A stretch of DNA of 64,000 bases from Gammaproteobacteria bacterium (GCA_026709505.1 JAPOSW010000005.1:3214-67213), one strand, 5' to 3'; shown: positions 1-10,919, counted from the first letter of the stretch. Notes: a model not told the origin generated them from the letters alone. Numbers and translations: made by a program.

Positions 1-1205
1 TCAATCCGGTTCGTTATTCTTTCTGGCAATCCGCGGTCATCGAGGATTGGATTGCCATCATCATCGGTGCGAATTCTGGATGCAATCTCCTGATAGACGA
101 CTGCCATTCGGTTGCCGATATTCTCTCCGGTTATGCGACTGTTGATCGTTGCCGCTGTCGAGTCCAGCGTTATGCTGACAATGGGTCCGCCATTCTGGTC
201 CAGGCTGGCTGCGGCATCAATAATGTTATCGCCCGAATAGATGACTCTTTTCTCAAGCAGTATTCGCCGCCCATCCCGGAAGCGGTAAAGACGAGAGCCG
301 GGAGGAGATTGACCGGCTTCAAGCGCCGCAGCGTTATTTTCCTCATCGACCATGCGCATTTCGAGGGTGGCTGCTCTGCCCAGAATTTCCTTGGCCCGGG
401 CAGTATCCTGCACCCCCGGCAGCTGTACGATAATGCGGTCCGCACCTTGTTGCTGAACAATCGGTTCGGCTACCCCAAGCTGGTCAACCCGATTTCGAAG
501 AGCCACCCGGTTCTGCTCAAGGGCAGCTTCCCGAATCTCGTCAATCCGCTCGGCACGTAATGAGACTATCAGCGCTGCCTCATTGCCCGCTGCATTGTCG
601 ACTTGCAGCTCCTGAAAATCCCGCTCCAGAATATCGGCAGCTTCTTCCCGCTGCTCTGGATTTCGAATGTCTGCAAGAATCGTGCCATCTTCGTTCGCCA
701 CAATCCGTCGATAGCGGATGCGTTCCTCGCGCAAAGCCGAACGAATTCCATCTACCGAGTTCTGAATCTGCCTCTGAATCGCACTGTCCATGTCTACCTG
801 GAGCAGGAAGTGCACGCCACCGCGAAGGTCAAGGCCCAGATACATTGGCAAGGCTCCCACGCCGGACATCCAGTCAGGGGCGTTTGGAAGCAATGTCAGG
901 GCAAGCGAATAAGCGTTTCCGAGTTCCGCTTCCAGCAATTTCTTGGACTTGAGCTGGGTTGCGGTCTCGTCAAAATGGATTTTGAGGTTGTTTTCATCCT
1001 GAGAAAGGGACTTGAAGCCAATCTCATTGTCGTTCAGGATGGTCTCTACACGCCCCAGCAAGTTGCTGTCCAGAGACAGCCCTCGAGCCCCTCTTATCTG
1101 GATTCCGGGATCGCTGCCGAATAAATTCGGAACAGCATAAAAGATTCCAACCACAACGACTACCGTTACGATCAGATAGCGCCACCATTCAGTCTGATTC
1201 AACAT
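1..1205 (-). CDS. secD: Protein translocase subunit SecD, N-terminal part; the gene runs off the window start
   Basis: Absent from the ORF track because it is open at the window edge. My reverse-strand translation from the ATG at 1205-1203 reads MLNQTEWWRYLIVTVVVVVGIFYAVPNLFGSDPGIQIRGARG..., a canonical SecD N-terminus. It lies directly downstream of yajC. Confidence 0.85.
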   Translation of the reverse strand, partial: MLNQTEWWRYLIVTVVVVVGIFYAVPNLFGSDPGIQIRGARGLSLDSNLLGRVETILNDNEIGFKSLSQDENNLKIHFDETATQLKSKKLLEAELGNAYSLALTLLPNAPDWMSGVGALPMYLGLDLRGGVHFLLQVDMDSAIQRQIQNSVDGIRSALREERIRYRRIVANEDGTILADIRNPEQREEAADILERDFQELQVDNAAGNEAALIVSLRAERIDEIREAALEQNRVALRNRVDQLGVAEPIVQQQGADRIIVQLPGVQDTARAKEILGRAATLEMRMVDEENNAAALEAGQSPPGSRLYRFRDGRRILLEKRVIYSGDNIIDAAASLDQNGGPIVSITLDSTAATINSRITGENIGNRMAVVYQEIASRIRTDDDGNPILDDRGLPERITNRI

Positions 1206-1265
1206 GTGCTGAACAATAAGATTGGAACAGGATTAGAAAATGGGGCTTTACGTTGAGGGGAGCAA

Positions 1266-1634
1266 TCAGTCAGGCGGAGGCGACTTCTTCTTTTTGGCGG
1301 GAGCGGAATGCTTGAAGTCTACCGTGCCCATGGGCATCATTTGCGCGATTGCATTTCTCTGGATTTTCAATTCCACTTCCGAGGCTACCTGGACCGTCAG
1401 AAAATCATCATCGATACCCCTGACTATGCCAAGTGCCCCGCCATTGGTCACGATCTCATCTCCGACCTCCAGTGAAGAGATCATCTCGCGGTGCTGTTTC
1501 GCTCGTTTTTGCTGAGGGCGGATCAACAGAAAGTAGAACACCACAAAGATCAGTATCATCGGAAGAATGCCGATCAGGCTTCCCCCGGCATCTCCGCTTT
1601 GCGCCCACGCATTGGAAATAAATAGATCAGTCAT
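1266..1634 (-). CDS. yajC: Preprotein translocase subunit YajC
   Basis: The 122-aa ORF has a single N-terminal TM segment (ILPMILIFVVFYFLLIRPQQKR) and a YajC-type core (VGDEIVTNGGALGIVRGIDDDFLTVQVA). It sits immediately upstream of secD. Confidence 0.9.
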   Translation of the reverse strand: MTDLFISNAWAQSGDAGGSLIGILPMILIFVVFYFLLIRPQQKRAKQHREMISSLEVGDEIVTNGGALGIVRGIDDDFLTVQVASEVELKIQRNAIAQMMPMGTVDFKHSAPAKKKKSPPPD

Positions 1635-1735
1635 TTATCTGAATAGACTCCTCGTCGAATAGCTGCTGCATTGAATACTTAGGATTGTGGATTATGCCAC
1701 AAAATGCGAAATCGAAAATGAATCAAAACTATCCA

Positions 1736-3811
1736 TCAAGCCATGCCTCGTTTCTCTCGAATGATATCGGTAAAGAACTCGATTTCCCTGTCCATCGCGT
1801 CTAGCTTGGTTGCCTTGTTTCGGAATCCATGGCCCTCGCCAGCATATTCATGGTAGGCATGGCGGATTCCCTTCCTTTCAAGCAGTTCGACCACCTCGTG
1901 AGACAGCGCAGGCGGAACCACCTTGTCATCGCTGCCCTGAAACAATATCAAGGGGCAGTTCAGCTTGTCCATCTCGAAAATCGGGGAGCGTTGCCGATAG
2001 CGACTGTCTGGATTACGGGCGCGGTCGCGATCATATGCCTCTCCAATCAGCCGGTCGGTATACCTCGATTCAAATCGATGCGTGATTTCACTGAGCGTGA
2101 TCAGATTGCCAATGCCGTAATAGCTTGCTCCGGCACAAAACAGTTCGTTGTGCCGGGTCAGCGCCCTCTGGACCGCGTATCCTCCGGCACTGCCACCACG
2201 AATGAATACCAGTTCAGGGTCTATCCGCTGCTTGCGAATCAGGTAGCCGATGCCTGCCGCAATGTCTTCGCAGTCATCAATGCCCCAGTTGCCCATCAGG
2301 CTCTGCCGATAGGTCCGGCCAAAACCCGTGCTGCCGCGATGGTTGACGTCCAGCACGGCAAATCCGAGTGAGCAGTAATAGTGCCGGATACCTTCGTAGA
2401 CACGAGAAGAACGTCCCGTCGGGCCGCCATGAATCATGACAATCAAGGGGGGACGCTGTGAATCAGGACCTGTAAAACCCGGATTCAGTGGTGCAAGGAA
2501 CAACCCGTAAGCCACCTCTTCCCTGCTCGTTGCAAATTCCACGAATTCGGAAACCGGTGCATGATCAATTTCAAAACCGTCCTCACCCCCTATCGAAACC
2601 TCATCCAGTCCGCTATGCCTGACTTGAACGATCGAGGGCACCTGGTTCTCGTAATAAGCCATGCAGGATAGCAGGCCATCCTCATCCAGGCTAATTTGAT
2701 TCAAGGCAGCAATATGTTGGGTCACAGGACGAATTTCAGACGTCTTTGTATTCAGCTCGATTATCCGGTCGCCGTCGCGTTCCGTGAGAATGGCGGCAAT
2801 GACCCCATCAGCAGTCTCTTGCCACCGTGACTGCCCGAATTGCCAATGAACTTCACCAAATTCTCCACGTTCGTGGCTGATCTGCCTGCACTCCCCTTCT
2901 GCAGAGCAACTGTAGAAATTCCAGAAATCGCACTCGGGATTATCGCTAACGAAAATCAGCTCGCCATTTTCAAGGAATCCAATTTGACATACGGCCCAGC
3001 CTTCACGATCAATGATGGATGCCTTGTTTCGGATCGACAGAGATGCCTCAAGGTCAAGATCCGCGCACATCAGGCGCGTTTGATCCCAGGGCATGTGAGG
3101 ATGTGACCATTCCATCCAGGCCAGACGTGATCCATCAGCAGAAATCACCGGCCGTGCATAAAAATCTGCTCCCGATACAAGCGTTTCGATTGGCTGCAGG
3201 CCAGGCTTCCCAGAGGCATTTGCCCGCCAGCGAATTTTCACGATCCGGCATTCATTTCCCCCTTCATCATTCGGTATCTCCATGACCGCCACAATCCACT
3301 TTCCATCCGGGGATGCCGAGAGATCGGCAAAGCCCGGAATTGGCTGATCACTCCATGCCGCAAATTTTTCCGGCAAATCATGTCCTTTGGCTTTTGTATA
3401 ATACCGATGCCCGTCGATCATGCGAACATCGGCTCCAGACAATGCGTCTTGGCTTAGATTTTGCGCATACAGACAGCCGTCTAGATAATTGTTGAAGACA
3501 AGGCAATCATTGATAATGCAGTAACACTTTCCGCCATATTCATTGACGCGCGTACGGATGTTGAAGTTTTGGGACACATCAAAAGGCAATGGAGTAACGA
3601 TTTCCGGACCGGTTGCGTCTTCAACTTTTCCTGCTCGACACAATACCGTTTTTCCCGAATACTCGTCAGAGAGGACCTGAAGCCAATGCAGCCGCTTCCT
3701 ATGCCGGAATGGATAATTCGGTGCCCGCCCCTTGACGAACAGTGCCCCAGGTTCAAGATGACTTTCCCACAAGCCAAAATCGGCAATTTTCTTCCCGACA
3801 GCCATCAGCAA
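1736..3811 (-). CDS. S9 family serine peptidase (prolyl oligopeptidase / acylaminoacyl-peptidase type)
   Basis: The 691-aa ORF has a long N-terminal propeller-like region. The C-terminal alpha/beta hydrolase part carries the nucleophile motif IRGGSAGGY and the late motifs GSDDKVVP and GEGHGF. Confidence 0.8.
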   Translation of the reverse strand: MLMAVGKKIADFGLWESHLEPGALFVKGRAPNYPFRHRKRLHWLQVLSDEYSGKTVLCRAGKVEDATGPEIVTPLPFDVSQNFNIRTRVNEYGGKCYCIINDCLVFNNYLDGCLYAQNLSQDALSGADVRMIDGHRYYTKAKGHDLPEKFAAWSDQPIPGFADLSASPDGKWIVAVMEIPNDEGGNECRIVKIRWRANASGKPGLQPIETLVSGADFYARPVISADGSRLAWMEWSHPHMPWDQTRLMCADLDLEASLSIRNKASIIDREGWAVCQIGFLENGELIFVSDNPECDFWNFYSCSAEGECRQISHERGEFGEVHWQFGQSRWQETADGVIAAILTERDGDRIIELNTKTSEIRPVTQHIAALNQISLDEDGLLSCMAYYENQVPSIVQVRHSGLDEVSIGGEDGFEIDHAPVSEFVEFATSREEVAYGLFLAPLNPGFTGPDSQRPPLIVMIHGGPTGRSSRVYEGIRHYYCSLGFAVLDVNHRGSTGFGRTYRQSLMGNWGIDDCEDIAAGIGYLIRKQRIDPELVFIRGGSAGGYAVQRALTRHNELFCAGASYYGIGNLITLSEITHRFESRYTDRLIGEAYDRDRARNPDSRYRQRSPIFEMDKLNCPLILFQGSDDKVVPPALSHEVVELLERKGIRHAYHEYAGEGHGFRNKATKLDAMDREIEFFTDIIREKRGMA

Positions 3812-3815
3812 GAGG

Positions 3816-4316
3816 CTATAGCGAACCGATTACCAGGCGCGATTTGCCGGGAGAGAGCATGGATTCTTCAAAAAATCCGACCGGCGTCTCAAGCGCGAAC
3901 TGATATGGCTTGTTCGGTGAATACAAGGGCTGTGCATCATCCGTATACACATCCATGCGAAGCACATCGATCAATGTCCCCTGCCCATCGAAAAACCCAA
4001 TATCCAGAGGGGCTTTCACATTCGACATGTGAAAGCTGCCTTGAATCGGTTCAGTATAAACAAACAGAATCCCGGTCTCTTTGACCGCATCCGGACAAAC
4101 ATGCTGAAAGCCCATCGCACGTTCAAAATGATCATCGGCAATCAGGCTTCGAATATGCTTGGTGTTTCCATTGTCATCGAACAAGGTGATTCCTTCCAGG
4201 TGCATGGATTCCATACCCTCATTCTTGATCACGCAGTCATCCTCTGCCGCATTGCACCCTGACATGAAGGCGAGAGCAAACAGGCCCAGTGAATAAAACA
4301 GTGTTTGCGCTTTCAT
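3816..4316 (-). CDS. DUF192 family protein, probable lipoprotein
   Basis: The signal/lipobox-like N-terminus is MKAQTLFYSLGLFALAFMSGC. The DUF192-like core includes GILFVY...MSNVKAPLDIGFFDGQG...FALETPVGFF. Confidence 0.7.
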   Translation of the reverse strand: MKAQTLFYSLGLFALAFMSGCNAAEDDCVIKNEGMESMHLEGITLFDDNGNTKHIRSLIADDHFERAMGFQHVCPDAVKETGILFVYTEPIQGSFHMSNVKAPLDIGFFDGQGTLIDVLRMDVYTDDAQPLYSPNKPYQFALETPVGFFEESMLSPGKSRLVIGSL

Positions 4317-4333
4317 GAAAAATGACGACGTGG

Positions 4334-6646
4334 TCAGTTGCGCAATGCCTTGCCCAGGTCGAGCAGGCTCATAATGCGTTCCTGTGTCTGCCTGGTCTGC
4401 ACCAATTTCAGGAATGAACGTCTTTCGGCCTCCAGAAAATCCGCCTCGGAAAATAGTCTGCCAGGATCAATATTTCCTCCTGTCACGATAGTTGCGATTT
4501 CCGTTGCAACGGCCGTATCATGGCTCATCAGCCTGCCTTTGGCCAATGCTTCGTTCAGCCAGTCAATCATTTTGTCAAAGAGAGGCTTGCCGGGCATTTT
4601 GAGATTTCCCCGAACCAACGGCTTTTGATTGTTTCCCGAAACAATGCTCTCCTTAGCCGAAGCATAGATCCGGTCGCGATTGATCTCATACCGATCATTC
4701 TCCCGCAGCATTGCCTGTTCCAATGCAAGCAAGGGCGAGGCAGTGGTGGCTCCATAGCCCAGATTCATGAATGCTTTCCAACAGGCATCGTCAATTTCAT
4801 TCTCGCAATTGAGTTTTTCAACCCAGCGATACAGCGTTTCCTTACATCCCCCCCCGGAAGCAATCAGGCCGACTCCCGACTCAACCAGCCCCATGACCGA
4901 ATTTGCATGGCAAATCACTTCTGCTGAGTGCAACACCACTTCGTACCCGCCTCCTATGGACATGCCAACCGGTGCGACGACTACCGGAAAACTAGCATTC
5001 TTGAGTGCCATGACTGTTTCCTGAAAGTGCTTCAAAAAAGAATCAAGACCATCCAGATCGTCTTTATCGAAAAACTCCCTGACTCTGGACAAGTCAACAC
5101 CACAGGAGAAATGCTGAGCATCATTGTGAACAATCAGACCCTTGTTGCCTCTCGGTGAAACGTTTTGCAGTGCATCGGCAAGAATGTTCATCGAATCCTG
5201 ATTAAGAACATTCGCCTTGCTGTGAAACTCGACAACGACAATGCCATCGTGCTCATACCAACTGGCCGACTCTGTGGCTTGCTGCGGCTTGATTTGCCGG
5301 CGAACTTCGCTAAAACGCAAAACGCCTTCCGGTCGTTGTATTGCAGCATGGTTCGCATTCGTTTGAAGGGTGCTCAGTCTGTTGCCCCGGAGTGCATAGA
5401 ATCCGGCCTTTCGTCCCTTCTCCATGAAATCCGGAACGAGTCGACCTTGCGATTCCAGTCTCGAAGCAACATAGTCCACACCCAGCATATCCAGCATTTC
5501 AAAAGGACCGTTGACCCAGTTATAACCCAGTTTCATGGCATCATCGATAGCCACAAGATCATCTGTAACCTCGGGTATCAATGATGCGGAATAAACCAGG
5601 ACCTCGGATAGTACTTGCCACGCATACTGACCGTAGAGACTGTCATCCTCCAGCAAGGCCTTTAAGCTGGCTCTTTCAGCTTGCGCTGCGATAGCGATGC
5701 TTGGTTTCGCATAGGGTTCATATTGCTGCGACCGGTGGTTAAGCTCATATCGATCTCCATTCTCACCCACCTTGTAGAATCCCTTCCCTTTCTTGTTGCC
5801 GGTTTGCTGATTCTTGATCATCGAGGCGATCAAGGGAAGCTCGGCGGATACTGCATGAAATGCGTCATTCCCAGGCAGTATCTGTTTCAGGCTTTTCACC
5901 ACATCGGCCATCAGGTCAATGCCAATCAAGTCGTAAAGACCAAATACGCCGGTTTTGGGAAAGGCCATGGGACGTCCGAATATGGCATCTGCCTCGCCAG
6001 CAGGCAGATTGAGTTCTAACGCCTTGAAAAGAGCCAGCTGCAAGCTGTACACGCCAATCCGGTTGGCAAGAAACCCCGGAGTATCCCCACACCGGATGAC
6101 TCCCTTGCCCAGTGCTCGATCACAAAAATCCTCCAGTCTGTCCAGAATTTCAGGATCGGTCCTGTCGCTGCCTACCAGCTCAAGCAGCCGCATAAAGCGA
6201 ACCGGATTAAAGAAGTGAGTCACGGCAAAACGACGGCAAAATGACTCTGGCAGGCCTTCGGTCAGTAAACGAATAGGAATGGTTGACGTGTTTGAAGTAA
6301 TGATGGTCTTGTCATTCGTGACCGCATTCAGGCGGTGATAGATTTCCTGCTTTATCTCAAGGCGCTCGACAACCGCCTCGGCGACCCAGTCATAGTTCGA
6401 CAATTCTTCAAAATGATCGCGAAGATTGCCCAGTCGAATGCGGTGCCCAGCATCGGGATGTATCAGTCCCGGCTGCTTCGGATTCAGCAATCGACGATAG
6501 CCGGCTTCAGCGAAGGCATTGGGATGATCTTCATCGGCGCACATATCAATCAACAAAACCTTGCGGCCGGAGTTGGCAATTTGTCCGGCAATGCCGGAAC
6601 CCATGGTGCCGGCACCAATGACTGCAATTTTTTCAAGATTTTTCAT
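4334..6646 (-). CDS. Bifunctional 3-hydroxyacyl-CoA dehydrogenase / enoyl-CoA hydratase family protein (FadN-like order, dehydrogenase N-terminal)
   Basis: An NAD-binding motif, KIAVIGAGTMGSGIAGQIA, lies near the N-terminus, and the C-terminal half is crotonase-like. I place the start at the ATG at 6646 (MKNLEKIAVIGAG). The longest ORF extends to 6691. Confidence 0.8.
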   Translation of the reverse strand: MKNLEKIAVIGAGTMGSGIAGQIANSGRKVLLIDMCADEDHPNAFAEAGYRRLLNPKQPGLIHPDAGHRIRLGNLRDHFEELSNYDWVAEAVVERLEIKQEIYHRLNAVTNDKTIITSNTSTIPIRLLTEGLPESFCRRFAVTHFFNPVRFMRLLELVGSDRTDPEILDRLEDFCDRALGKGVIRCGDTPGFLANRIGVYSLQLALFKALELNLPAGEADAIFGRPMAFPKTGVFGLYDLIGIDLMADVVKSLKQILPGNDAFHAVSAELPLIASMIKNQQTGNKKGKGFYKVGENGDRYELNHRSQQYEPYAKPSIAIAAQAERASLKALLEDDSLYGQYAWQVLSEVLVYSASLIPEVTDDLVAIDDAMKLGYNWVNGPFEMLDMLGVDYVASRLESQGRLVPDFMEKGRKAGFYALRGNRLSTLQTNANHAAIQRPEGVLRFSEVRRQIKPQQATESASWYEHDGIVVVEFHSKANVLNQDSMNILADALQNVSPRGNKGLIVHNDAQHFSCGVDLSRVREFFDKDDLDGLDSFLKHFQETVMALKNASFPVVVAPVGMSIGGGYEVVLHSAEVICHANSVMGLVESGVGLIASGGGCKETLYRWVEKLNCENEIDDACWKAFMNLGYGATTASPLLALEQAMLRENDRYEINRDRIYASAKESIVSGNNQKPLVRGNLKMPGKPLFDKMIDWLNEALAKGRLMSHDTAVATEIATIVTGGNIDPGRLFSEADFLEAERRSFLKLVQTRQTQERIMSLLDLGKALRN

Positions 6647-6889
6647 AAAGCTGCAAAATCCATATAGGAGTGCTTCGGCATGAGAGATCATGCATGTTCT
6701 AACGGAGCCATCCCCTGCAAAATATTCAAATGGGCTGGAATTGTGTTCGGGTAGAATCCCTCAAATTTCTTGACGGAAAGGCCACTGTCCGGATTGATGC
6801 CCAGAGGCATGAATTATATTCGATACGGCCAGGATAGCTGACCGTCAAGCTTGAATGTTCGCGACAATCGTAAGACAAGATTTCTCACC

Positions 6890-8215
6890 ATGAGCAATAT
6901 CAATCGCAAAACCCTGGCTGGACTGTTGATCATGATGATGATCCTGCTGAGCATCCTGAAGGGGCTTGCTGATTTTCCTGGAGAGCGCGTGATTGCCGTG
7001 ATGGCCGGTATTTCAGGATGGATTGCGGGCCTCCTGTTGTTTATCGATGCTTCCCGGGCACTCAAGATTCAGGCCGGCATTCTCATTCTGCTAGGGCTAA
7101 TCCTGTCAATCTTCGCCATGACTCGAGGACATGCTCCCGACTTGTTTTTACTGGCCACTCTCAATACCGCGCTGTTGAGCATGATTGCCGCGGTTGGATT
7201 TCTGCGGCTGGTAACCCTGCCAAGAGAGAATACGGCATCGAACCTGCCGCGAGGACCGGCCGCATTTTTCAGGACCATGCTGGGTCTCAGCTTTTCCAGT
7301 TCAATTACCAATATTTCAGCCCCAATCGTGGTATGTGACCGCATTCATGCCACGAGACCAGTTAACCGATACATGGCGAGCTGTTCGACGCGGGTGTTTT
7401 GCGGGGCTGCATCCTGGTCGCCGTTTTACGGTGCCATGGCTGTGGTTCTCACCTATTCGCCTCAAGCAGATCTCCTGTGGCTGATATTTGCCGGCATGCC
7501 TGTGTGTATTGCCGGGCTAGTCTATGTGTGCTCAACAGCGTGGCGATTCCACAAGCATGAGTTGTCGGATTTCGTCGGATACCCTTTACAGGGGCGAGAC
7601 GTCAGAATTCCATTAGTGCTGATCTGCACCTGCCTGTTCGGTTATCTGCTGTTCGCGAAGTCCTCGATTCTGGCCATCATAGCTTCATGCGCATTGCTTG
7701 TGACTGCGGCAACGCTTGTTCTTCGCTATGGATTGATTTCGGCGATTTCTCAAATGGGCGAATTCGTCGCCGAGGGCCTGCCCAGAATGGTCAGTGAGCT
7801 AACCCTGTTTTTATCGGCAGGCGTTTTAGCGGTTGGCATCATTGCGCTCATTGAACTCGATCTTGTCGAGTTTCACATCACAAACTACTCAACGATAACC
7901 ATTGTATCGGTTCTGGTGGGGATGGTAGTGCTATCCGCTATCGGCATTCATCCCGTGATTCAGATTGCCAGCCTGTCGCCGATATTGCTTGAAAGTTCTC
8001 CGAGCGCCAACCTGATCGGTGCGACTTGGCTGTTTGCCTGGCATCTGGGCACCTGTTCAAGCTATCTTTCCGGCACCAACCTGATCTTTCAGGGACGATA
8101 TGACATACCAAGCTGGCGGATCGCCATGGATAACTGGCCTTATTCAGTCACGCTCGTGGTACTGGGCTCGATCTGGCTGGTGACGCTCAATCATTACCTG
8201 CCGGCGTTTCAATAA
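6890..8215 (+). CDS. Polytopic inner-membrane protein of unknown function (putative permease)
   Basis: The ORF has many hydrophobic segments throughout, roughly 10-12 predicted TM helices by eye. No family is recognised. I prefer the ATG at 6890 (MSNINRK) over the TTG at 6851. Confidence 0.6.
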   Translation: MSNINRKTLAGLLIMMMILLSILKGLADFPGERVIAVMAGISGWIAGLLLFIDASRALKIQAGILILLGLILSIFAMTRGHAPDLFLLATLNTALLSMIAAVGFLRLVTLPRENTASNLPRGPAAFFRTMLGLSFSSSITNISAPIVVCDRIHATRPVNRYMASCSTRVFCGAASWSPFYGAMAVVLTYSPQADLLWLIFAGMPVCIAGLVYVCSTAWRFHKHELSDFVGYPLQGRDVRIPLVLICTCLFGYLLFAKSSILAIIASCALLVTAATLVLRYGLISAISQMGEFVAEGLPRMVSELTLFLSAGVLAVGIIALIELDLVEFHITNYSTITIVSVLVGMVVLSAIGIHPVIQIASLSPILLESSPSANLIGATWLFAWHLGTCSSYLSGTNLIFQGRYDIPSWRIAMDNWPYSVTLVVLGSIWLVTLNHYLPAFQ

Positions 8216-8236
8216 CGCCCCGACAGGCTGTTTCGA

Positions 8237-9442
8237 TCAGGCGGCGATATCGAATATGTGATCCAGTGCCGTTTCAAAAGTGGATACGGTTCGATCGATT
8301 TCGGCCAGCTTGTCCAGACCGAAAAGACCCAGTCGAAAGCTCCTGAAATTCTCGCCCTCATCGCACATCAATGGAACGCCCGCCGCAATTTGCAATCCTT
8401 GAGCCGCAAACAGGGCCCCATTTTGAATCTCGGGATTGTCCGTATAACTGACAACCACGGAGGGAGCCTTGAATCCATCAGCGGCAACGCTCACAAACCC
8501 GCGTGCCTCAAGCAGGTCACGCATTCGGCTACCTAGTTCATGCTGAGCGTCAAACAGGGTATCAAAACCAACATCTTCGGTTTCCTGCATGGTGTCCCGA
8601 AACGCCGTCAGGGCATCGGTTGGCAGGGTCGCATGATAGGCATGACCGCCTTTTACATAAGCCTGCATGATTTCATGCCACTTGCGAAGATCGCAGGCAA
8701 AGCTGCTGCTGATGGTCGAGGACATGGTTCCCCGGGCCCGATCGCTCAACATCACGAATGCAGCACAGGGAGATGCGCTCCAGCCTTTTTGCGGTGCACT
8801 GATCAATACATCGACACCGCACTTGTCCATATCTACCCAGACCGTGCCGGATGCAACGCAATCCAGAACCATCAGCCCTCCAGCATCATGGACGGCATCG
8901 GCGATCTGACGGATATAGCCATCGGGAAGAATCATGCCGGCAGAAGTTTCGACATGCGGGGCAAATACAACATCCGGCTTCTTTTCGGAGATTTTTCTAA
9001 CGACATCATCTACCGGAGCCGGCGCAAAGGAGGCTGTGTCGCTGTCAGAAACGCGAGATGCCTTCATGACGATTGACTCAGACGGAATATTGCCCGCATC
9101 GAAAATCTGGCTCCAGCGGTAGCTGAAGTATCCGTTTCTTACGACCAGGCATTTTTTGCCTGTTGCAAACTGTCGAGCTACGGCTTCCATTCCATAGGTG
9201 CCGCCCCCAGGCACAATGGCCATGCATTGGGCCTGGTATGCATTCATTAGCGTGGAACGAATGTCCAGCATGACCTGCTGGAACTTCCTGGACATGTGAT
9301 TCAAGGAGCGGTCCGTAAAGACAACTGAATATTCCAGCAAGCCATCTGGATCTACATTGGGTAACAAACCTGTCATTTTTTTCTCGCAAAAATTCATCGC
9401 CAGCCTCAAGTCAGCGAGGTCGGCTATATACTGGATGCGCAA
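8237..9442 (-). CDS. Class V aminotransferase (serine-pyruvate / alanine-glyoxylate / AEP transaminase type)
   Basis: The likely PLP-lysine context is DVLISAPQKGW, and the overall AGXT-like layout begins with FTDRSLNHMS. The start is uncertain, with internal ATGs at 9397 and 9376. Confidence 0.75.
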   Translation of the reverse strand: MRIQYIADLADLRLAMNFCEKKMTGLLPNVDPDGLLEYSVVFTDRSLNHMSRKFQQVMLDIRSTLMNAYQAQCMAIVPGGGTYGMEAVARQFATGKKCLVVRNGYFSYRWSQIFDAGNIPSESIVMKASRVSDSDTASFAPAPVDDVVRKISEKKPDVVFAPHVETSAGMILPDGYIRQIADAVHDAGGLMVLDCVASGTVWVDMDKCGVDVLISAPQKGWSASPCAAFVMLSDRARGTMSSTISSSFACDLRKWHEIMQAYVKGGHAYHATLPTDALTAFRDTMQETEDVGFDTLFDAQHELGSRMRDLLEARGFVSVAADGFKAPSVVVSYTDNPEIQNGALFAAQGLQIAAGVPLMCDEGENFRSFRLGLFGLDKLAEIDRTVSTFETALDHIFDIAA

Positions 9443-9710
9443 TGCTGTTCGAAAACCTGCGCTTCACCAAGCGGCCAAGCATCGGGGAGACTGCCTGTTC
9501 AACCGGAACAATCCGCTGAATGGCATTGTAGCACCGAACTCAATATTCCCGGATATCCGGGCGATGCCGAACACCTGCAGCTTGGAGGTTCGATATCATG
9601 ATCTGGATTGTATCTGATATGCTCATGCTTCTGTAACTCGATGATGGTACTGGATTTGACTTTCAAGCCCAAAACCATCCAAATCTATAGCCTTCAACTT
9701 ATTTGAAAAC

Positions 9711-10919
9711 ATGACCAAGAATTCAATGACGAACAAAAATGGAATCAATACCCTGGCGGTGCATGGCGGCGAAACGCCCGACCCCCAAACCGGAGCATCC
9801 AGCCCGAACATCGTGATGTCCAGCACCTATGTCGTGGACCAGCCCACCAGTTTTTCAGTCACGAATATGGATGATGATACGCCATATGTGTATACACGAT
9901 GGGCCAATCCGACCATACGGCAACTGGAAAAGAAATTGTGCCTGCTCGAAAATGCCGAGTCCTGCCTCGCTTGCGCATCCGGCATGTCGGCATCCAGCGG
10001 AGTGCTGTTCGGCTTGCTGAGTTCCGGAGATCACTTGATCATCAGTGAAAGCAACTATCCGGGCACCGCCGAGATTTCCCGACAGCTGCTTCCCAAAAAC
10101 AGCATTGACGTTACCCCAGTTGACGCCTCGAACCCGGAAAACATCAAGAATGCCATGCGTGACAATACCCGCATGATCTGGATTGAAACGCCATCGAATC
10201 CGCTGGTTAAACTGACGGACATTCATGCGGTCTCGAGGATTGCAAAAGATGCGGACGCTTTATTGGTTGTTGACAGCACTTTTGCAAGCCCAATTGCCAC
10301 CCGTCCTCTGGAATTGGGCGCCGATATCGTTGTGCACTCTCTCACCAAGTACATTGGCGGGCATGGGGATGCCATTGGTGGCGCCGTCCTGGCCAGCCGG
10401 AAAGTTGCCTCGGAGATTATCGGTGGCGGCATGCTCCATTATGGAGGGGCAATCAGCCCCTTCAATGCCTGGCTGATCATGCGTGGCGCAGCGACACTGC
10501 CGCTTAGAATGAGCGCTCATCAGCAAAATGCCCTGCAGGTTGCCAGATTTCTTGAATCGCACCCGAATGTAGAACTGGTACGCTATCCCGGACTCGCATC
10601 TCATCCGCAACATGAACTTGCGAAAAGGCAGATGCATAATTTTTCAGGAATGATTGCATTCCGCACTCCATCTCCCCATTCAGTCGCCAAGCGAATGATG
10701 GCCGATCTTGAAATTGTTCATTATGCAGTATCGCTGGGACATCATCGGAGCCTGATCTTCTTGCTGGAAACCGATGACCTGATCAATTCATCGTACAGGC
10801 TTGATGGAGAACTCGAACGCGAATATCGGGAAATCGCGGGGCCGGGGATATTTCGATTGTCAGTGGGACTTGAAGATGCCGAAGACATTATTCGTGATCT
10901 GGAACACGTTCTTGGATGA
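9711..10919 (+). CDS. Cys/Met-metabolism PLP-dependent enzyme (methionine gamma-lyase / cystathionine gamma-synthase family)
   Basis: Family hallmarks are TLAVHGGE..., the PLP-lysine motif [12 protein letters not shown], and a C-terminal [13 protein letters not shown]. Confidence 0.85.
   Translation: MTKNSMTNKNGINTLAVHGGETPDPQTGASSPNIVMSSTYVVDQPTSFSVTNMDDDTPYVYTRWANPTIRQLEKKLCLLENAESCLACASGMSASSGVLFGLLSSGDHLIISESNYPGTAEISRQLLPKNSIDVTPVDASNPENIKNAMRDNTRMIWIETPSNPLVKLTDIHAVSRIAKDADALLVVDSTFASPIATRPLELGADIVVHSLTKYIGGHGDAIGGAVLASRKVASEIIGGGMLHYGGAISPFNAWLIMRGAATLPLRMSAHQQNALQVARFLESHPNVELVRYPGLASHPQHELAKRQMHNFSGMIAFRTPSPHSVAKRMMADLEIVHYAVSLGHHRSLIFLLETDDLINSSYRLDGELEREYREIAGPGIFRLSVGLEDAEDIIRDLEHVLG

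Noticed and set aside
603-1124. 173-aa ORF on the plus strand, plus neighbouring small ORFs at 170-952
   Set aside because: They lie inside the secD coding region on the opposite strand or in other frames. SecD is missing from the track only because it is open at the window edge.
6841-6852. 12-mer ACCGTCAAGCTT shared by two intergenic regions (6841-6852 and 43099-43110), with related TTGACGG/CCGTCAA pairs at about 6770-6850 and about 14950-15000; considered as a possible REP-like element
   Set aside because: Repeated 12-mers are expected by chance many times in 64 kb. The flanks do not extend the similarity, and no consistent palindromic unit is shared.
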